Source: Octopus vulgaris (taxonomy: Eukaryota). From it: a stretch of 64,000 nucleotides of DNA. Of this stretch, positions 58,788-64,000 are shown in pieces (within the stretch, counting starts at the first letter, position 1; each line of letters opens with the position of its first letter). The DNA lies in the NCBI GenBank assembly GCA_951406725.2, contig OX597825.1:63860001-63924000 (forward strand), given 5' to 3'. The notes below the pieces were generated by a model. It made no database searches. It saw nothing but the letters and a program-made list of their open reading frames with translations, and was not told the DNA's origin. Position numbers and translations under genes: made by a program.

Positions 58788-60039
58788 CAATGTAATCTTC
58801 TCTTCGGGGAAGTGAAGAAATGAAACTCGTCAAAAAGACATTTTAACAGAAAATGATGGATAATATATATATAGCGATTTACTGAATGCTGTTTATATTG
58901 TTTGATAAAACGTTATATGATATAACATCAGAAGTAGCCTATAGAAAGAGGGCGGATAGTTTTAGTGAATGTTAAATATAAAAAGAAAATTAATGTTTAA
59001 ATTATATATAATGATAGAGATTACTTCCATGATCTTCCTTGAAGAGATTACATTGCTTTACATCATTTATTCCTTTGGAATAATATCAGTGATATCTTCG
59101 AAACATGTGTCGGAAGGAAAAGCATTTGAATTATACATTCGTTAAACTCCATTTATTTATTCATATATTATACAAAAAATTCTACGTAAACCGAAGTTTC
59201 TACCTTTAAAATCAAGGAGTTACAACCTCTTTACTTGTGGAATTTTTTGCTACACCGGTAACTATTTATCTACTTTTTCCGTGCTAATTGTTAACAAGGG
59301 AAAAATACACACATCTATATAAATATGCGTATCTATGTGCGTGTGTGTACATACATATGCATATGTAAAATACGTCTTCGTAGCCCTAAATTACATTTAT
59401 TTTACTACTACGAAATTTATGGTGGCCATACTTTCTTCTTGACCAGATATAAATGCTAGCCTTCAGCGCAATAGAAGCATTGTCAATTTGACGATTAACG
59501 TCTTCGGGAATATTCTTAGATCTTTGAAAATTGCACATTCCGGATTTATTATATTTCTTCTGTTTGTCTATTTTATTCTGAAGCTCTGACAGAAATATAT
59601 ACCATAAGCGCTTGCTATTGTTTATATTATAATATATATATATATGTTACACTACGAGAAGGAATAAACTGATTTTAATGCCCATCACTACAATTATTTC
59701 TGTGCACCTCTGTCAGCTGGTAATCGTTGAGTGTTTTACATGTTATACACATTCTTGCATTAATATGATCCCTCAAAAATGTGTTCATGTTCAAGTGTGT
59801 CATCCAGTAAGTGGATTCGAGAGTATTGCTGGATTGCATATAGTTTCTCATTGTTTTATACTGATATCTTGTTTCTAGGTTCACATTGATACAGAGTAAC
59901 ACGGACATATAAAGAGATTCTAAAAATGACCAAGAATAAATTAGTGGAAGTGAAAATCGAAAGTGTCAAATGTGACATAAATACATTTTTGAATTTGTGT
60001 GGCAATATTCCTGATCTGAAACCGTGTGTTGAAACAGAT

Positions 60040-60630
60040 ATTGTTATTTTGAGGATGGTAACTTTTTTTTTGTCAAATATACACATGCCCGATATATTTG
60101 TACTTTACTCGTTTATTATTGGGTTGGTGCAAAATTATTGCGGCTTTTTTTTCAACATTTACTTGGCAGATGGTCAGACAGTCATTTAAAGATATTTTTG
60201 TGAAATATTGTTATTGTTTTTGTTAAATACATTTTGTTGAAAAAGCCGCAATGATTATGCACCAACCCAATAGTATTCTTAGTCTGTCTTATGTCCATTG
60301 TCCGGAAATCTTTCGTCACTCATTTGTGACCCCTTTAGCGACCCTTTCCATCTAATTGTGTCTTTACATTTTTTCACTTTCACTTCCAATAATTTATGTT
60401 TGGTCTTTTTTAGTATTTGCAACTTTTTATATTTCCGTGTTACTCTGTGAAGCAAGAGGACATACGTGGACAGAAAGTATCGCTGAAGAATTTACAGATG
60501 TGTAACAAAAGCTTTCCGGACAATGGACATAAGATAAAACACGAATAGTAAGTAATAAACGAGAGTAAAACAAATATATATTGCGTGTATTTATTTAGCA
60601 ACAAAAAATACCGTCTCAAATCATAACAAT
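60040..60630. mobile_element. Old long-TIR (foldback/MITE-like) element
   Basis: tcttatgtccattgtccggaaa / tttccggacaatggacataaga, with complementarity continuing outwards (ctcgtttatta / taataaacgag; attgttat / ataacaat) once the nested MITE is removed. Confidence 0.7.
60117..60272. mobile_element. mariner-type MITE with TA TSD, nested in the left arm of the foldback
   Basis: ta-ttgggttggtgcaaaattattgcggctttt ... aaaagccgcaatgattatgcaccaacccaa-ta. Confidence 0.9.
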
Positions 60631-62058
60631 AAGATAAATAATTTAAACCAAATAAAATAATCGCGATACAAAATCCAAAGTATGAAATATAAACTATTCA
60701 AACTACTAATTCAGCCCATCCTTTAATGTACACGTATTTGGACTTCATGAAGGTAGTTGAGCACCCTAAAATGATAGTGTCATGAATATATTGCATGGAA
60801 GAATTCTTTATGTTTTGTGTCTTTAAGCGTTCTAATTGAAAGGAAATCATTTGCGTGCGTTGCTAACTTCTTAAAACAGAAGGATATCAAGCTGTCGACC
60901 ATTACACTAAAATTTATTGTTGAATAAACTTAATTTTGCCTATCCTCAGGTCGCATCATAGTTGCTTTACCTGTCGTTAAGAGATACTATCAAAACACGA
61001 AAAATTTGCACGCCGTCCTCTTTCTATATACAAACATATTCATTTGCATGATATATGCATAAATATATTTACATATAAATACATAGAGATACATACACAC
61101 ATGTTTGTACACATACACAGAGTCATACAGATATACATAGATACAGAAAACCCTACATACTCACACACACACACACATACCGTTGAGAACATGTCTCCCC
61201 TCATAGCGTGAAGTCAAAACAAGTATATTTACTCGAACGCGTTGGTATCTATAAATATATATTCTTTAATCTTGCAGTAATCTGCATACATACACCCATT
61301 CATCCATACATACATACGCATCTATACCTATTCAAACATATCCTCATTCCTACTCCCGTGAATGACAATATGTACGTGCATTTCCACAAATTATTTTCCA
61401 ATTACGCAATCTTGTCAAATTTTCTCTGTTTACATCTTTTCATTCAGAGTTCAGAACATCCATCTGACAAAAATAAATCTAGTGTAATCTTCTTGGGTTT
61501 TTCGTTTAGACCTGCCTCTTTCTACACATCGTAATATAACCGTTTACGCTTAATTATGACGTTATTGAAATCCAAGTCATATTAAATTTTATGAATAGGT
61601 TTAGCAGGTACATTTGTATATCATTACGTAATGGAAAGTAGATCGATTCTATAGTCCCTTTCATTTTACGTAAACAACTATACAAATATACAAGTTATTA
61701 AGGGCCTATATAATTTATGCAAACAACAGAAATGTAAACCTGCCAGTCAATATAATGAAAGTGTGGGATTGCAAGTTTCAGCTGTCTATTACCTTTTTGA
61801 ATATGGTATCCTAGGTTACTCGACGTTTAACAGCTCAGTTTCACAATAAGCCTGTAAAAATTCCATATTATTTATTAGATTTAGGAAAATGTCTATCTAA
61901 TGCAAAGAAAAATCTTCCTAGAAATTGTAAATGCTTCGTGCAATCCGAACACCGGATAAAACCATAAAATGTCACCTCTATTAGACTTATTTTTTGTGTA
62001 TATATACACATACAAAATATGATTCAATGTTAAAAATGAGGTATAGGTATGCCTGTAA

Positions 62059-62228
<170 letters not shown>

Positions 62229-62635
62229 GTATGATTTAGTAGATCATCTATATGTGTAAAAAAATAATTAAAACAACTGTATGGAACGTAACTATGTAAA
62301 GAAAAGTGATAGCCGTCAACTAGATTTGTGTAGGAGTCTCAATAAAACCTGCATTACTAGAAGTAGGGGTTTAAATGCCATAACGCTGTTACAAAGCACG
62401 CAACTCACGTAACTATACTCTGGGCTGCAATCACCCTGAAAACCGAACAGAGAATTCCTTAGACTGACCGGCCAGTGTTGCTATTTGCGTAGCTATCTTC
62501 ACTAAGGCCAGATAGCTCGCCTATCAGAGTATATATATTAATCATAAAAATGTATGCATGAGTCAGCCTATTGCTTATATGTGTACAAAAATAATACAAA
62601 GTTATTTGCAACGTTATACCGGAAAGGAAAATTAT

Positions 62636-62997
62636 AGTCGTCAACTAAATTTGACCAATACTTACATTGCTAGAAATATAAGCTAAGATGCTCTCATGCT
62701 GTTACAAAGGATATAACATATAATCTGTCATGGGCTGCAATCACCCCGACACCGAACCGATAATTTCTTATAGCCCAGAATCAACCGAACTCATTGGCCT
62801 TACTGAAAATGGCTATGGAAATAGCTGAAACTGTACGGCCAGTCTAAGGAATTATCAGATTGATGGGTGTTTGAGGTGATTGTATCCCCTACGAGAGTAT
62901 CTGTTATGCGCTTTGTAACAACATGGGAGCATTTTAGCTCCTATTTCTAGCAATGCAGGTGTTATTCACACACTTAATCAAGTTTAGTTGACGACTT
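62636..62997. mobile_element. MITE with ~120-bp diverged TIRs (partial opposite-orientation copy at 62310-62520)
   Basis: gtcgtcaactaaatttga / tcaagtttagttgacgac; internal cattgctagaaat and tgttacaaag motifs are mirrored. Confidence 0.7.
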
Positions 62998-63251
62998 ACG
63001 TACATACAAATATCACCGGGATCACCGTGACCGACTAGGCTATCAGATGTTGCTACACATCGCTGGTCACAATGCGCTTTGCATTGTCTTAGCCTTTAAA
63101 TGACGCCACCCTGCTGGCTAAGCGAGCAGGCCACATAGAAATATACATCTATCTATCTATCTATCTATCTATATATATATATATATATCCATCTACCTAT
63201 CTATCTATCTATATATATCTATATCTATATCTATCTATCTATCTATCTATC

Positions 63252-63296
<45 letters not shown>

Positions 63297-63568
63297 TGTG
63301 TGTGTGTGTATATACGTCTAAGCTCAAACACAAAAATATTTCGTCTATGTATAATCTTCCATTTAACTTGTACTTCCTTTTAACAGTTACAACAGCGAAA
63401 GCTCGTTGCGCCATTTTCTCTAAACTAGAATGTGTACTTTCCACGTTCATATTTGAATTTTTTGCGTTTCAATAATTTTTCCCTGATTTTACTCATTCTC
63501 AAATTTGATGAACATATAGTGGTGCGTAAGCCCATTCAAAAAAATTTCTAGTGAGACTCTTCATTGAT

Positions 63569-63610
63569 GTACCTGAAGTGACCCAGAACGGTTCGAAACA
63601 TGTGTTGTAC
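63569..63610 (+). ncRNA. Hammerhead-like motif, A9U core
   Basis: guac-CUGAAGU-GACC cagaac GGUUC-GAAA-CAUGUG-U-U-guac, followed by aataaa. Confidence 0.55.
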
Positions 63611-63734
63611 CCAATAAAGTCTATTACATATTCCATCTACTTTCTTAATTCTGTTACCCCAACCGCCACTACGAAGTTTCTGCAGTAAATCTACAGATAC
63701 CAACAGGTAATCAAATCTGTAACGGTGCTATACT

Positions 63735-63900
63735 CATCTTCCATCCTCAGAATGAAACATGGGAAATGTTCCGTTATAAAGGTTCTGTTACCCTACTCAA
63801 ACTCGTTATGCTGGCATAACGCTGACGAGTCTGAGTAGGGTAAGAAAACCTATGTAAATGGGCCTTTCACAGATGTATCGCTCTGAGGAGGGGGATATTT
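63735..63900. repeat. Old inverted-repeat junction
   Basis: ttaccctactcaaactcgt (63788) / acgagtctgagtagggtaa (to 63843), with weaker pairing outwards (tcctcag / ctgagga). Confidence 0.6.
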
Positions 63901-64000
63901 CGCCTGAATTATAAAGGTCTTTGTAAAATTACCGCATTGTTAGAAGCTGTTTTATTTTCCCTTTTCTTTCTCTTCGTCGACACTTCAATGCTTCCAGCAA

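Noticed and set aside
63820-63850. CUGACGA as a hammerhead core
   Set aside because: It lies inside the hairpin arm; stem II/GAAA spacing and stem I cannot be formed convincingly.

Overview
AT-rich eukaryotic DNA, dense in microsatellites and transposon debris. The SINE families and the (AT)n/(TAA)n load point to a cephalopod, most likely an octopus (inference). There is no intact gene, CRISPR array, rRNA or tRNA, and most listed ORFs are translated microsatellites. Four layers of content are visible. (1) At 1.8-9.7 kb, a nest of R4/Dong-type RLE-LINE fragments, all on the minus strand and interleaved with (TAA)n tracts, plus two copies of a 550-bp non-coding element that sits in the same kind of site. 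(2) tRNA-derived SINEs (some as head-to-tail concatemers), RTE/CR1/Tx1 LINE fragments, mariner relics and MITEs. (3) Scattered minus-strand exon-like remnants with FN3- and YWTD-like motifs at about 0.8-35.5 kb, suggesting a decayed ROS/Sevenless- or LRP-like receptor gene. (4) Several Penelope-like terminal repeats, mostly beside microsatellites, each carrying a minimal type-I hammerhead ribozyme fold. One has the canonical CUGAUGA core. One has a compensatory G3:C8 swap (GUGAACA) inside a perfect 136-bp palindrome. Two have U4C cores and two have A9U cores. All protein and RNA assignments come from manual reading, not database searches.
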